Shown here one piece after another: positions 29,394 through 39,848 of a stretch of 64,000 bases of DNA (positions are counted from its first letter, which is position 1; each line of letters opens with the position of its first letter). This DNA comes from Ekhidna sp. (GTDB lineage Bacteria > Bacteroidota > Bacteroidia > Cytophagales > Cyclobacteriaceae). The position numbers and the translations under genes were made by a program. The notes under the pieces are model-generated. The model was not told the DNA's origin. It did no database searches and saw only the letters and a list, made by a program, of their open reading frames with translations. Where the stretch lies: NCBI GenBank assembly GCA_039940915.1, contig JBDVFO010000002.1, one strand, 5' to 3'.

Positions 29394-30110
29394 TCATAAA
29401 AGTTGTCGATTTTTCAACTCTCCTCTTTTCAAAATTCTCTGTACTTCTTTCGAGTTCAACCCTTTTTCTAAATATGCTAAATGAGATGCTCGATGTAAAT
29501 CTGATCCTAAAAAATCAACCATGTCATTCTGCAGTAGCAACTTTCCAACTTGTTCGGGGATTTTCCCATAATATCCTCCTATTGAACCCAAAGTCACTTG
29601 CAACATCACTCCCATACCTTTAAGTTCCTTCAACCATTCTATTCTACCTTCCAGGAACTTGTATCTCTCAGGGTGTGCTAAAACAGGGGTATATCCCTGC
29701 GCTAGTAAATCAAACATCACCGCTTCAAAAAAAATAGGCTTGTTGACAAATGAGGATTCAACAAGCACCAGCTTTCCTCCAAAAGAAAGAATCGGATCAT
29801 TTCTTTTTACTCTGTCATGAAAAGATTCGTCAACAAAATATTCTGCTGCTACCTCTATTTCTATTGCTAATTTTTGTTTTGATACCTCCTGTTGTAAGGT
29901 GTTCAGCCCTGCTAAGATTACCTCAGGTGTGTTCGGATAATTTGGATGAATATGAGGCGTGGTGATTACCTTCTCAAAATCCAAATTAATCAGCGCTTCA
30001 ATCATTTCGATGCTTTGCTCCATGGACTGAGAACCATCGTCTATGTTGGGGATTAGATGAGAGTGTATATCCACATCCAGTGAAGCGCGACTTCTTCGAA
30101 GCAGACCCAT
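29394..30110 (-). CDS. CpsB/CapC PHP-family tyrosine-protein phosphatase
   Basis: DIHSHLIPNIDDGS, TPH, AHPERY and GSDLH motifs. Confidence 0.92.
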   Translation of the reverse strand: MGLLRRSRASLDVDIHSHLIPNIDDGSQSMEQSIEMIEALINLDFEKVITTPHIHPNYPNTPEVILAGLNTLQQEVSKQKLAIEIEVAAEYFVDESFHDRVKRNDPILSFGGKLVLVESSFVNKPIFFEAVMFDLLAQGYTPVLAHPERYKFLEGRIEWLKELKGMGVMLQVTLGSIGGYYGKIPEQVGKLLLQNDMVDFLGSDLHRASHLAYLEKGLNSKEVQRILKRGELKNRQLL

Positions 30111-32482
30111 TAGAATAAGTTCCTGATGGATGATGTTACTTTCTCAACTTTCGATTCATCATCTGTGTAATAGCCGTATCCATACCCATATCCATACCCA
30201 TATCCTGGAGTTGAATCAATGGAGTTTAGAATGGTAGTCATATTCGAGAATTGTCCTGTGGCCTTCATGTCGTTCAACACTTTTACGAAGTTTCGTTTTG
30301 AATAATCCGCCCGAACGATGTACAACTGAATATCACAGTATTTCATCACCAGACGACCATCCGTTACCAGGCCGACAGGAGGAGTATCTAAAATAACTAC
30401 GTCAAATTCCTTCCTTAAGTCATCGAGCATTTTAGTAAACTTCTCTTGTAAAAGAAGTTCTGACGGATTAGGTGGAGTTGGCCCGGCGGCTATAAATGCT
30501 AACCCATCTATTCTGGACGTTTGTACACTCTTTTTTATGGTGCTTTTACCTGACAAAATTGTACTGATGCCGTCAGTATTATTGGAACCACCAAAAGCAA
30601 GATGCACCTTTGGCTTTCTCATGTCAATATCGACAACACATACTTTCTGACCTGTCATAGCCATGATAGCTCCTAAATTTGCAGCTACAAAGGTTTTTCC
30701 TTCCCCAGAAATAGTAGATGTAACACTGATGGATTTAGATGAGGCATTGGGGCTAATGAAATCCATGTTGGTACGTATCGTACGCAATGCCTCACTTAAA
30801 GAGCTCTTAGAATCTTTTTTCACAACCAATGACGTCTGATTCAACACTTCTTTTTTGTAATGAGGTATGGCTCCAAGAACTGGAACATGAACGAGTTTCT
30901 CAAGCTCCCGAACACCGGCAACTTTGTTATGCGCAAGATATCTTACCAATAGGAAGACGATACTCATCACCAAGCCAATCATGAAACCAGCACCAATAAT
31001 TAGTGCTTTTTGAGGTTTGATCGGTCCATTTGGAAGTGAAGCTGGTGACAGTACTACATTTCTGGTGACAGTGCCTGCACGGGTGATTTCAAGCTCCATT
31101 TTAGAAGTCTGGAGCGATAGCATAAATTCTTCTTGAAGCTCATAGAATCGTCTGTTCTTCCCATACTCCGTACCCATTGATGGCATTTGAGAAAGATTGT
31201 TTTCCAGCAACCTTCTCCTCCTGTTAACCTGAGCTCGCTGATCATCAAGGATGGTTTCATAAGACTTCAACAAGTCAGTAATGAGCTCCTTGCTTCGATC
31301 CAGTTTATTGTCGAGTTGCTCAATTATGTAAGAAGTTTCATTGTAGGATGCCAACTTAAGCTCACGCTCTTGTTGCAAGCCAGAATAATCCACCAATGAT
31401 TCCCCCAAAGACTTTGGGAGCTGTTCCAATAAAAATGGATTAATTGATATAGCCCCTTTTTCATCTACTCTCTTTTGTATCAGATCAAGGTCGGCCATGT
31501 TCTTTCTTATCCTAAAACTTTGAGAATCAAGAACCGCAAGTTGTTGGATTGTTCGATCAAGGTCTTTACCAAGATTTGTCGTTCTGTTTTCAATAGTGAA
31601 CTGCTCAAAATAACCCTCGTATTCAGATAACTTCTTTTCTGTACTCTCAATCTGATTATCCAAAAAATCGATTTTCTGTTCAATAGCTACATTCTTTACT
31701 TCTCTAGTATACGAGAGATAGAGCGAATCCATGAGATTAACCAAGTCTCTAGCTTTGTACTTATTAAAGTCCGAATAGGAAACTTTGATCGTCTTTGCAT
31801 TGAAATTTTCCGGAATTACCTCAAGGTTGGACTGCAGATCATCTACCAATTGATCACCGCTGCTAACTACGAAGAAGTATTTATTATCATCTGGACTATA
31901 GTAAGCCGTTCTGTCTATGAGTAAGTTAAAATCCTCCGTTTTTATTTCTTCTCCGAAGGCATGTTCACCTACTAGCTCCTGCCCATCCTTTGCATAGGTC
32001 AACGTGAATGAGTCTTCAGCACCAAATTCTAAATCAAAAGGAGTTCCATAAAACGCTGAATTATGTATCTTATAGGATACTATGAATGGAGAATTTCGAT
32101 AACGCTCATCTGTAAGATACCTACCATATACATGATAGGTAACATCCATATCTGCGGCATCCGCAACTCTGGATAGAAACAACTTAGATTTAATTAGTTC
32201 GATTTCCCCAGAGATTTCATTTCTCTCTTGTGTATTGACCGCCTCCACAAGTCCCAAAACATTTGCTTCGCTTTCAAATTCAAGCTTAATGATGGACTCA
32301 GAATTAAAGACCGGCTTAGTATATCGTACATAGACATATGAAAGTGATGTCGAGAGAATCACAAATCCTACTAACCAGAATTTGCTTCTTTTTAAGACAT
32401 ACCAAAACCGCTCAAGGTCAAAGGACTGAAGAAAATCATTCTCAGCTTCTAAATTATGTTGTGACTGTAAGCCGTCTTCCAT
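30110..32482 (-). CDS. wzc: Polysaccharide co-polymerase / tyrosine autokinase (Wzc)
   Basis: Two TMs flanking a coiled-coil, Walker A STISGEGKT, ILDTPP and a C-terminal (GY)n tyrosine cluster. Confidence 0.92.
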   Translation of the reverse strand: MEDGLQSQHNLEAENDFLQSFDLERFWYVLKRSKFWLVGFVILSTSLSYVYVRYTKPVFNSESIIKLEFESEANVLGLVEAVNTQERNEISGEIELIKSKLFLSRVADAADMDVTYHVYGRYLTDERYRNSPFIVSYKIHNSAFYGTPFDLEFGAEDSFTLTYAKDGQELVGEHAFGEEIKTEDFNLLIDRTAYYSPDDNKYFFVVSSGDQLVDDLQSNLEVIPENFNAKTIKVSYSDFNKYKARDLVNLMDSLYLSYTREVKNVAIEQKIDFLDNQIESTEKKLSEYEGYFEQFTIENRTTNLGKDLDRTIQQLAVLDSQSFRIRKNMADLDLIQKRVDEKGAISINPFLLEQLPKSLGESLVDYSGLQQERELKLASYNETSYIIEQLDNKLDRSKELITDLLKSYETILDDQRAQVNRRRRLLENNLSQMPSMGTEYGKNRRFYELQEEFMLSLQTSKMELEITRAGTVTRNVVLSPASLPNGPIKPQKALIIGAGFMIGLVMSIVFLLVRYLAHNKVAGVRELEKLVHVPVLGAIPHYKKEVLNQTSLVVKKDSKSSLSEALRTIRTNMDFISPNASSKSISVTSTISGEGKTFVAANLGAIMAMTGQKVCVVDIDMRKPKVHLAFGGSNNTDGISTILSGKSTIKKSVQTSRIDGLAFIAAGPTPPNPSELLLQEKFTKMLDDLRKEFDVVILDTPPVGLVTDGRLVMKYCDIQLYIVRADYSKRNFVKVLNDMKATGQFSNMTTILNSIDSTPGYGYGYGYGYGYYTDDESKVEKVTSSIRNLF

Positions 32483-33234
32483 TATAAATTTTGAACTACC
32501 ACAATTAACGTAAGGACACTAGATACTAGGCTAAGTGCAGGTGAAACATCTCGAAGTGTTTCAAGCCAAGGCCTCCTCCAGGGCTCGATATAAATAACAT
32601 CTCCAGGTTCTACAGACATATTCGTTTCTTTCATCCCGCTAATTGTACCTAGGTTAATTTGATAGACATTATCCCCACGAATTAGTTTTATATTTTGAGC
32701 TTTTGCGCCTAAATCAAGCCCTTCAGCTGATGCCAAAACTTCGAAAATACTCGTGTTTTCATTCGGGATTGGAACAACCCTACCTCCAGGTGCGCCAAGT
32801 ACAAAGACCCGTCTATTGGTTACACTTAGTTTCACAAAAGAACCTTTGTAAGCTGCATCGAATTTTTCTGCTAGCAACTTCTCTGCTTCAAACATGGTCA
32901 GCCCTGTTAACTCTATTTCCCCTACCATTGGTAAAAGGGCCATTCCATTTGCCTGAATGATGTATTGAAAACGGTTTCTAAATTGTTGTTGTTGCTGAGC
33001 TGGACCTGTAATCATTTCAAGATTTGGATCAATCAAACGCTCTCCTTCGTTTGTGAAAACATCCAAGAGCAGTGCGTCATTCGGCTTTAGCTTGTAGTTA
33101 CTCTCCAATTCGCCCGTAACTTGAGCTAAATCACTCTCGGTGAATTCATCATCAAGCTTAAACATGATATCTTGTTTGTAGGCCTTGCAACTACTTAAAA
33201 TGGCGATTAAAACGATTAGTACTAAACGGTTCAC
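32482..33234 (-). CDS. wza: Polysaccharide export lipoprotein (Wza-like)
   Basis: Lipobox ILSS-C, Poly_export and SLBB-type motifs (PMVGEI...GLT, VLGAPG, VEPGDVIYIEP). Start is probably the GTG at 33234 (track start 33282). Confidence 0.85.
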   Translation of the reverse strand: MNRLVLIVLIAILSSCKAYKQDIMFKLDDEFTESDLAQVTGELESNYKLKPNDALLLDVFTNEGERLIDPNLEMITGPAQQQQQFRNRFQYIIQANGMALLPMVGEIELTGLTMFEAEKLLAEKFDAAYKGSFVKLSVTNRRVFVLGAPGGRVVPIPNENTSIFEVLASAEGLDLGAKAQNIKLIRGDNVYQINLGTISGMKETNMSVEPGDVIYIEPWRRPWLETLRDVSPALSLVSSVLTLIVVVQNL

Positions 33235-33278
33235 AGATAAGTATTTAAAGACGTAAAAATAGAGGAAATATTTTGGGA

Positions 33279-34382
33279 TCAACGGATGATTCGACGTATA
33301 ACATCTTGATACATATCAATTACGATTCTTTCATCATAAGTCTTTTCCACTAACGAACGAGAGTTAGCTGCCAGTTGCTTTTTTTCTGGCAAGGTCAATG
33401 AAAGAAATAACTTTAATTTATTAAGCAGGCTGCCAGCACTTTTGGGCTCACATAAAAAGCCATTGTATCCATCATTCACTACTTCCCTGCACCCCGGAAC
33501 ATCCGTTGAGATGAGTGGCCTTCCAAGCGCTGCTCCTTCTAATAGTGTTCGAGATGTGCCCTCACGGTACGATGGTAACACCACAGCATCATGTTCAGCT
33601 ATCACTTGTGTGATATCATTGGAGTGTTCCAGGTATTTAATCCAGTTGTTATTAACCCAATGATCCAATTCACTTTTCTGAATCGACCTGGAATGCCCTT
33701 CATCCAGCTTTCCAATGAGCGTAAAGCTTACATTATCATTGTCAGCAAAATGAGATGCCGCCTCGGCATACTCTCTGACTCCTTTTTCAATGATAACCCT
33801 TGAAATCATTACGAAGCTCCCACCTTCATTTCGTTTGAAGGGTAGAGGTTTAAATTGTTCAAGGTCAATTCCTGAACCGGGTAAAATGCTTATTCTGTTT
33901 CTATGTACGCTAACCTTGGACGTGAATAGGTTTTCATCGTCCTCATTTTGAAAAAATATATGACTGCTAAACCTGAAAGCTACCTTGTAGAGAATCATGG
34001 CCACTTGACCTGCTATTCCCTTGACCAAAAAAACTGTTCCTAATCCACTCACATTACATATCACAGGTGTAGAGCTAACAGCCCCAGCCAGAGAGGCATA
34101 TATATTGGACTTGATGGTATATGAAAGAACAACGTCCGGATTCTCTTTTCTAAAAGTTTTGAGGAGCTTTCTGAGATAAAAGGTGTCTTTGATAGGATTA
34201 GCACCAGTTCTCTCAAGGGTGGTATTAATCCATACAACCCCCCAATCTTGAATCTCATTGGTGTATTCATCTTCAGGTGCCAATACTAGCACTTCATCAC
34301 CTCTGGAGAGAAAGTGGTTAACAAGTCCTTTACGAAAATTATAAATATTCCAGCATGTGTTGGCAACAAAAGCAATCTTCAC
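33279..34382 (-). CDS. GT4 glycosyltransferase (PglA/WbpZ-like)
   Basis: KIAFVANT.WNIYNFR, YTIKSNIY and VLPSYREGTSRTLLEGAALG motifs. Start is probably the GTG at 34382. Confidence 0.9.
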   Translation of the reverse strand: MKIAFVANTCWNIYNFRKGLVNHFLSRGDEVLVLAPEDEYTNEIQDWGVVWINTTLERTGANPIKDTFYLRKLLKTFRKENPDVVLSYTIKSNIYASLAGAVSSTPVICNVSGLGTVFLVKGIAGQVAMILYKVAFRFSSHIFFQNEDDENLFTSKVSVHRNRISILPGSGIDLEQFKPLPFKRNEGGSFVMISRVIIEKGVREYAEAASHFADNDNVSFTLIGKLDEGHSRSIQKSELDHWVNNNWIKYLEHSNDITQVIAEHDAVVLPSYREGTSRTLLEGAALGRPLISTDVPGCREVVNDGYNGFLCEPKSAGSLLNKLKLFLSLTLPEKKQLAANSRSLVEKTYDERIVIDMYQDVIRRIIR

Positions 34383-34447
34383 TGTTTTAATTCTTTGAGT
34401 AGCAAACTTTTGTAAGCTATTGTTTATTAGCAAACTTTGCGAAAGAT

Positions 34448-35572
34448 ATGATCGAAACTGCAAAAAAGAACGAACGAGGAATTTTGGTTGCCCTGGGATC
34501 AAAGTCAGAAACTGATGAGCGTCTGGAAGAAATGATGGATGAGCTGGAGTTCCTTTCTCAAACTCTTCAAATTGACATTTTAGGCAAGTTCACTCAAAAA
34601 CTTGAGCACCCAGATTCTAAAACGTTTGTGGGTAAAGGGAAAGTTGAGGAGATAAATACCTTCTGTAAAGTGGAAAAGATAGACGTTGTTGTCTTTGATG
34701 ACGATCTATCACCTTCACAGCTTAGAAATCTCGAAAAAGAATTGAAGGTTAAAATCTATGACAGGAGCCTGCTAATTTTGGATATCTTTTTAAAAAGAGC
34801 CAAAACAGCTCAAGCTAAAACTCAAGTGGAATTGGCACGCTACCAATACCTGCTACCAAGACTTACAAGGATGTGGACTCACCTTGAGAGGCAGAGAGGT
34901 GGAACTGGTACTCGTGGTGGTGCAGGGGAAAAAGAGATTGAAACGGACAGAAGAATAATTAGAGATCAAATCAATGTTCTGAAAAAGAAACTTGAGAAAA
35001 TAGAACGTCAATCCAACACACAAAGAAAGTCCAGGGGAGGAATTGTAAGAGTGGCATTAGTAGGCTACACAAATGCTGGCAAATCTTCATTGATGAGAAC
35101 CTTGAGTAAGGAAAAAGTATACGCCAAGGATGAGTTATTTGCTACAGTCGATTCTACAGTTAGAAAAGTCGTGCTTAACAACCTTCCATTTTTGCTATCC
35201 GATACCGTAGGTTTCATCAGAAAACTTCCTCATTCATTAATTGAGTCCTTTAAATCTACACTCGCTGAGGTAAGAGAAGCTGACATTTTACTGCATGTAA
35301 TAGATACATCCAATCCATCTTACGAGGATCATATTCGAATAGTAGATGAGACCTTGGGAGAAATCGGGGCTGGAAACATCACCACCATCAAGGTCTTCAA
35401 TAAGATTGACAAAGTGGAAGATTCACTGCAACCCCACGGAAAAGGGCTAGCCATCCAAATAAGTGCTAAAACGGGGATTGGAATACCTGAGCTGAGAACT
35501 CTTCTAGCTGAAGAAGTGAAAAAAGTGCATATGAGAATCTATCCTAACTACATTCACCCGGAGGTGTATTAA
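34448..35572 (+). CDS. hflX: GTPase HflX
   Basis: QVELARYQYLLPRL, GYTNAGKS, LFAT.D, DTVGFI and NKID motifs. Confidence 0.96.
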   Translation: MIETAKKNERGILVALGSKSETDERLEEMMDELEFLSQTLQIDILGKFTQKLEHPDSKTFVGKGKVEEINTFCKVEKIDVVVFDDDLSPSQLRNLEKELKVKIYDRSLLILDIFLKRAKTAQAKTQVELARYQYLLPRLTRMWTHLERQRGGTGTRGGAGEKEIETDRRIIRDQINVLKKKLEKIERQSNTQRKSRGGIVRVALVGYTNAGKSSLMRTLSKEKVYAKDELFATVDSTVRKVVLNNLPFLLSDTVGFIRKLPHSLIESFKSTLAEVREADILLHVIDTSNPSYEDHIRIVDETLGEIGAGNITTIKVFNKIDKVEDSLQPHGKGLAIQISAKTGIGIPELRTLLAEEVKKVHMRIYPNYIHPEVY

Positions 35573-35600
35573 GTTTTTTAAATTAGCACATATTCTACAA

Positions 35601-35672
35601 GGCTCCGTAGTTCAATGGATAGAATAGTGGTTTCCTAAACCGTAGATGCAAGTTCGATTCTTGCCGGAGCTA
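35601..35672 (+). tRNA. tRNA-Arg (anticodon CCT)
   Basis: Acceptor stem GGCTCCG/CGGAGCT, anticodon loop TT-CCT-AA, T-arm GCAAG-TTCGATT-CTTGC. Confidence 0.93.
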
Positions 35673-35704
35673 CAACTTTGAATATAAAGCTAACCACATA
35701 CCAT

Positions 35705-35821
35705 TTCTCAAAATGAAAACTTATTTCTCATTTTGAGAAAACGCACCCTCACCAGAGACTTACGCAGACTTCTGATCATCAATCACTTAGATTTTACGAA
35801 AAACAATGGTACGACTTTAGC
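35705..35821 (+). promoter_or_regulatory. sigma54 promoter with tandem enhancer and IHF-like site
   Basis: TTCTCA-N3-TGAAAA (35705-35719) and TTCTCA-N3-TGAGAA (35725-35739); CATCAAtcacTTA (35777-35789); TGGTACGACTTTAGC (35807-35821, GG-N10-GC). Confidence 0.7.
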
Positions 35822-35902
35822 TGTCTGATAGAGAAAGAAAATTCACTAACGCGCTTTCTTTGTTAAAAAAACTGTTGTCACTTTTGCCTTAAAAGAATAT
35901 CG

Positions 35903-38296
35903 TTGAAAAGAAGTCGATTCCCTTACATACTGAGCTCCTCCCTTTTGGTCATTGCAATTGGCGCTTCGCTTTTAGGCTTTTTTGCCTTTAAGAATCTGAA
36001 ACAAATCATCGGATCGCTTGAAGATGAAGTCACTCCAAACACCAATTTATTGTTATTGAACAAAGTAGAGACCGAATTGCAAAAAGTGGAGTCCTCCATG
36101 GAGCAATATGTCTACACCAATGATGAAGCACATTTAAAAGAGTTTCAAAATCACATTTCCTCTTCGATAAATACGATTGATACCTTGAAGGATCAAAATG
36201 ACAATCGACAGATGCTCGCCAGCCTTGACACGCTTCAAAACCTTATACTCGAAAAAGCAACAGTATTGCACCAGGTAAGTGAGCTCAATTATGCATCGAT
36301 GGATGAGACAATAGCCAGCCTAAGACGGAAGCTAAACAATGTCCAAACCAAGGAAATACAAGAAGATACCGTCTTACGAAAAAAAAGAGGGTTCATTCAA
36401 AGGCTATTTGGGAAAAAGGAGGCAATTATCACTGCTGATACTTTGGACATCTACGCTTCTGACGAGTATCAAAACCTCGTTAATTTGCAACTCGATTCCA
36501 TTGCATACCACTCCAAACAGCAAGCATATAGTCAAAAAATAAAGGAGTTTACTCTGCAGCAAGACCATCAAAATATTCAGTCTGAAATTGCTTCTTTACT
36601 CTCCAATCTGGAAAAAAACGAGCTTAAGCTTCTAAAAGATGGCGCTTTCAAAGCAAAAAACATTGCAGAACAGACGAGCCGGTATATTTCCATGTTCAGT
36701 GTTGCCATCCCAGCCTTGCTACTTACTACCTTAACCGTACTCTTTGTCTACATTTTCAGAACTAAAAAACATCAAGAAGCACTAGACGCCTCCAGGAAAA
36801 ATGCACTCCAGCTGGCAAAGGAAAAAGAACAATTTCTAGCCAACATGAGTCATGAGATACGGACCCCTATGAATGCAATTGGGGGTTTTGCCAAGATCTT
36901 GTTAAAAGGAAAATTGAATAAACAGCAGTCTGAATATTTAACCATAATTGACAAATCCACCGAGCATCTTACGCATATCTTGAATGATGTATTAGATTTT
37001 TCCAAACTTCAAAGTGGAAAAATCAAGCTTGAGCAGAGGCCGTTTAAGCTTCATGAACTTATTGCTGACACCATCAAACTAATGCAAGATAAAGCCCGAG
37101 AAAAAAATTTACACCTCGACTTTGAAGTGCACAATATTCCTGAAATCATTACTGGAGACCCCTATCGGTTACGTCAGATACTATTGAATTTGATTTTTAA
37201 CGGAATAAAATTTACTGACAAAGGTGGCGTTCACCTAACTGCAAGTCTGGGAAAAAGGTCTGGCGAGCGTGTTCAGATAATTTTTGAGATAATGGATACA
37301 GGTATTGGCATCTCACAAAATATGCAAAAGCACATTTTTAACGAATTCGAGCAAGTAAACAGAGAAGATAAAAGAAAAGGAACCGGGTTAGGTCTATCCA
37401 TTACTAAAAAATTAGTGACCATTCATTCAGGTTTAATTTCAGTAGTAAGTACCCCGCAAAAGGGATCGACCTTCACGGTGAAGTTGCCCTATCAGCTTGC
37501 CGACACAGCACCAATAGAAAACGCTAATGACGATGAAAATGACGTTCACTTAGAAAAAATGCATATTCTTATTGCAGACGATGAAGAATTTAACAGAAAA
37601 CTGCTTATTGCAATTCTAAGTGAGCATGATGTAACTTTTGACGTTGCGAAAGATGGCTCTGAAGCTTATAAGCTACTCACAAACCATGCATATGACGCGG
37701 CTTTGATTGATTTTCGCATGCCGGAAATGAATGGACCTGAAGTAGCACATAAAGTCATGAATCAAGGTCAATTAAATTCCGAAACGCTCTTCATCGGCCT
37801 CACGGCAACCGTTTCTGAGCATGATATGGAAATGGCTAAGACCTCCGGAATAAAGCATGTTTTGAGAAAACCCTTTGATACTAGCGAACTATTGCAACTG
37901 CTTAAATCAAAGAGCTATGCAAAAAAAGCTTACTCGAAAAATGGCAGCATTTCAGCACATACTCCATTCAGCCTGGAAGGTTTGAAAAAAATGGGGGATG
38001 ATTCTTTCGTAGAAGAAATGGTTGAGACATTTATTTCTAGCACAAAAGAAAACCTTAGGCAATTGGATCATTTTTTAGAAGAAGAAAAATGGGAAGATGC
38101 CGGTGAAGTACTTCATAAGATTGTAGCTCCTGCCAGGCACTTAAAAGCAGACCAGGTTGTGGATTTATTGAAAAAAAATGAAGTGCATCTCCGAGAGGGG
38201 AATTCACTTACCAAAAATGCGCATGATGCTATTCAAGCATCCATGTTAAACCTCCTAGAATCACTTCAGTTACATTTACATAACAACAAGAAATAA
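35903..38296 (+). CDS. Hybrid sensor histidine kinase (2 TM, periplasmic helical sensor, HisKA, HATPase, REC, Hpt)
   Basis: H-box FLANMSHEIRTPMN, GTGLGL, receiver ILIADDE...LIDFRMP, and Hpt-like LHKIVAPARHL. TTG start. Confidence 0.92.
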   Translation: MKRSRFPYILSSSLLVIAIGASLLGFFAFKNLKQIIGSLEDEVTPNTNLLLLNKVETELQKVESSMEQYVYTNDEAHLKEFQNHISSSINTIDTLKDQNDNRQMLASLDTLQNLILEKATVLHQVSELNYASMDETIASLRRKLNNVQTKEIQEDTVLRKKRGFIQRLFGKKEAIITADTLDIYASDEYQNLVNLQLDSIAYHSKQQAYSQKIKEFTLQQDHQNIQSEIASLLSNLEKNELKLLKDGAFKAKNIAEQTSRYISMFSVAIPALLLTTLTVLFVYIFRTKKHQEALDASRKNALQLAKEKEQFLANMSHEIRTPMNAIGGFAKILLKGKLNKQQSEYLTIIDKSTEHLTHILNDVLDFSKLQSGKIKLEQRPFKLHELIADTIKLMQDKAREKNLHLDFEVHNIPEIITGDPYRLRQILLNLIFNGIKFTDKGGVHLTASLGKRSGERVQIIFEIMDTGIGISQNMQKHIFNEFEQVNREDKRKGTGLGLSITKKLVTIHSGLISVVSTPQKGSTFTVKLPYQLADTAPIENANDDENDVHLEKMHILIADDEEFNRKLLIAILSEHDVTFDVAKDGSEAYKLLTNHAYDAALIDFRMPEMNGPEVAHKVMNQGQLNSETLFIGLTATVSEHDMEMAKTSGIKHVLRKPFDTSELLQLLKSKSYAKKAYSKNGSISAHTPFSLEGLKKMGDDSFVEEMVETFISSTKENLRQLDHFLEEEKWEDAGEVLHKIVAPARHLKADQVVDLLKKNEVHLREGNSLTKNAHDAIQASMLNLLESLQLHLHNNKK

Positions 38297-39654
38297 TGAG
38301 TGGGCAATCCTTTAGAATCTTTGTCGTAGAGGACGATGAATGGTATAGAAAACTCCTCGTTCACACATTGAGTTTAAACCCTGACCACACAGTCAAGGCT
38401 TTTTCAGATGGCGAGTCCATGCTCAAAGAACTGAAAAAAAAACCTCAGCTTGTCACACTTGATTTTAGACTCCCTGACTACACCGGATCAGACCTTTTCG
38501 ATAAGATCAAAGCAATAGATCCTTCCATTGAGGTAATTATTATTTCTGAACAGCAAGACATTGAGACTGCCATAGATCTTCTTAAAAGAGGAGCTTACGA
38601 CTATTTAACAAAGACAGACGATATCCGAGATAGACTAATCCATGTCTTAAATAAGCTAGGCAAGAATAAGAAACTGGAAGCGCGAGTAGAAACACTACAA
38701 AAGGAAGTAGAGCGAAAATATGAATTTCAGAATAATATAATAGGGCAAAGCGCTGGAATAAAACGTGTCTTTAAGCTCATTGAGAAAGCCATATCTACGA
38801 ATATTACCGTGATGATCAGTGGTGAAACAGGAACTGGAAAAGAGGAAGTGGCAAAATCCATTCACTACAACGGAAAGCAAAAAACCAACCCATTCGTTCC
38901 TGTAAATATGAGTGCGATCCCTAGGGAGTTAGCTGAAAGTGAATTATTTGGTCATGAGAAAGGCTCCTTTACAGGTGCCATCGGAAAACACATCGGCAAA
39001 TTTGAACAAGCCAACGATGGGACATTATTTCTTGACGAAATCGGAGAAATGGATATTTCTCTTCAAGCCAAACTATTAAGAGCGCTTCAGGAAAAGGAAA
39101 TAACCCGAGTGGGAGGTTCTTCCTCGATAAAAATTAATTGCAGAGTCATTGCAGCTACCCACAGAGACTTACAGCATGAAGTGAAAATTGGAAATTTCAG
39201 AGAAGACCTCTACTACCGACTTTTTGGACTTCCTATTGAACTCCCTCCGCTCCGTGAAAGAGAAAAGGACGTAATCATATTGACCCGACATTTTGCAGAA
39301 GTATTTGCAAAAGCCAATGATCAGGAGGTGAAAACCTTCACGAAAGAAGCCTTACAAAAAATCATGAATTACTCATTCCCCGGAAATATCCGTGAGCTTA
39401 AATCAGTTGTAGAATTGGCTATTGTCATGGCTGATGAAAACGAAATTGTTCCCGATGATATCACATTTGCTCAAAAAGATGTCTTAACAGACGTTCTAAT
39501 CGAGGACATGAGTATGAAAGAATTTCAAATGCGTATCATTCATCTTTATTTAAAAAAATATGATGATGACATTAAACTCGTATCAGAGAAACTGGATATC
39601 GGACAATCCACCATCTACCGACTGCTAAAGGAAGAAAAAAATTCCTCTCAATGA
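38296..39654 (+). CDS. sigma54-dependent response regulator (NtrC/ZraR-type bEBP)
   Basis: REC (VEDD...LDFRLP), AAA+ with GETGTGKE, ESELFGHEKGSFTGA, LFLDEIGE and FPGNIREL, and a C-terminal Fis-type HTH. Confidence 0.95.
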   Translation: MSGQSFRIFVVEDDEWYRKLLVHTLSLNPDHTVKAFSDGESMLKELKKKPQLVTLDFRLPDYTGSDLFDKIKAIDPSIEVIIISEQQDIETAIDLLKRGAYDYLTKTDDIRDRLIHVLNKLGKNKKLEARVETLQKEVERKYEFQNNIIGQSAGIKRVFKLIEKAISTNITVMISGETGTGKEEVAKSIHYNGKQKTNPFVPVNMSAIPRELAESELFGHEKGSFTGAIGKHIGKFEQANDGTLFLDEIGEMDISLQAKLLRALQEKEITRVGGSSSIKINCRVIAATHRDLQHEVKIGNFREDLYYRLFGLPIELPPLREREKDVIILTRHFAEVFAKANDQEVKTFTKEALQKIMNYSFPGNIRELKSVVELAIVMADENEIVPDDITFAQKDVLTDVLIEDMSMKEFQMRIIHLYLKKYDDDIKLVSEKLDIGQSTIYRLLKEEKNSSQ

Positions 39655-39744
39655 GATTCATTTTCTCAAAATGAGAAAAAATCAATCGTACTAAATTCAT
39701 AACTGATTCATAATCAAAGCTTTGTAAAAAGGCATACCAATTGA
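39643..39744 (+). promoter_or_regulatory. Second sigma54 promoter with the same enhancer and an IHF site
   Basis: Degenerate site 39643-39657 plus a perfect TTCTCA-AAA-TGAGAA (39663-39677); AATCAAagctTTG (39712-39724); GGCATACCAATTGA (39731-39744, GG-N10-GA). Confidence 0.65.
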
Positions 39745-39848
39745 ATGTCTCATTCCATGAAATTATGGCAATGAGAAAATTGCAAAAGCAATAGCGTCTC
39801 GAAAAGTCATACTGTCAATAAATCGAATGGAAATCTAAATTGATCATT

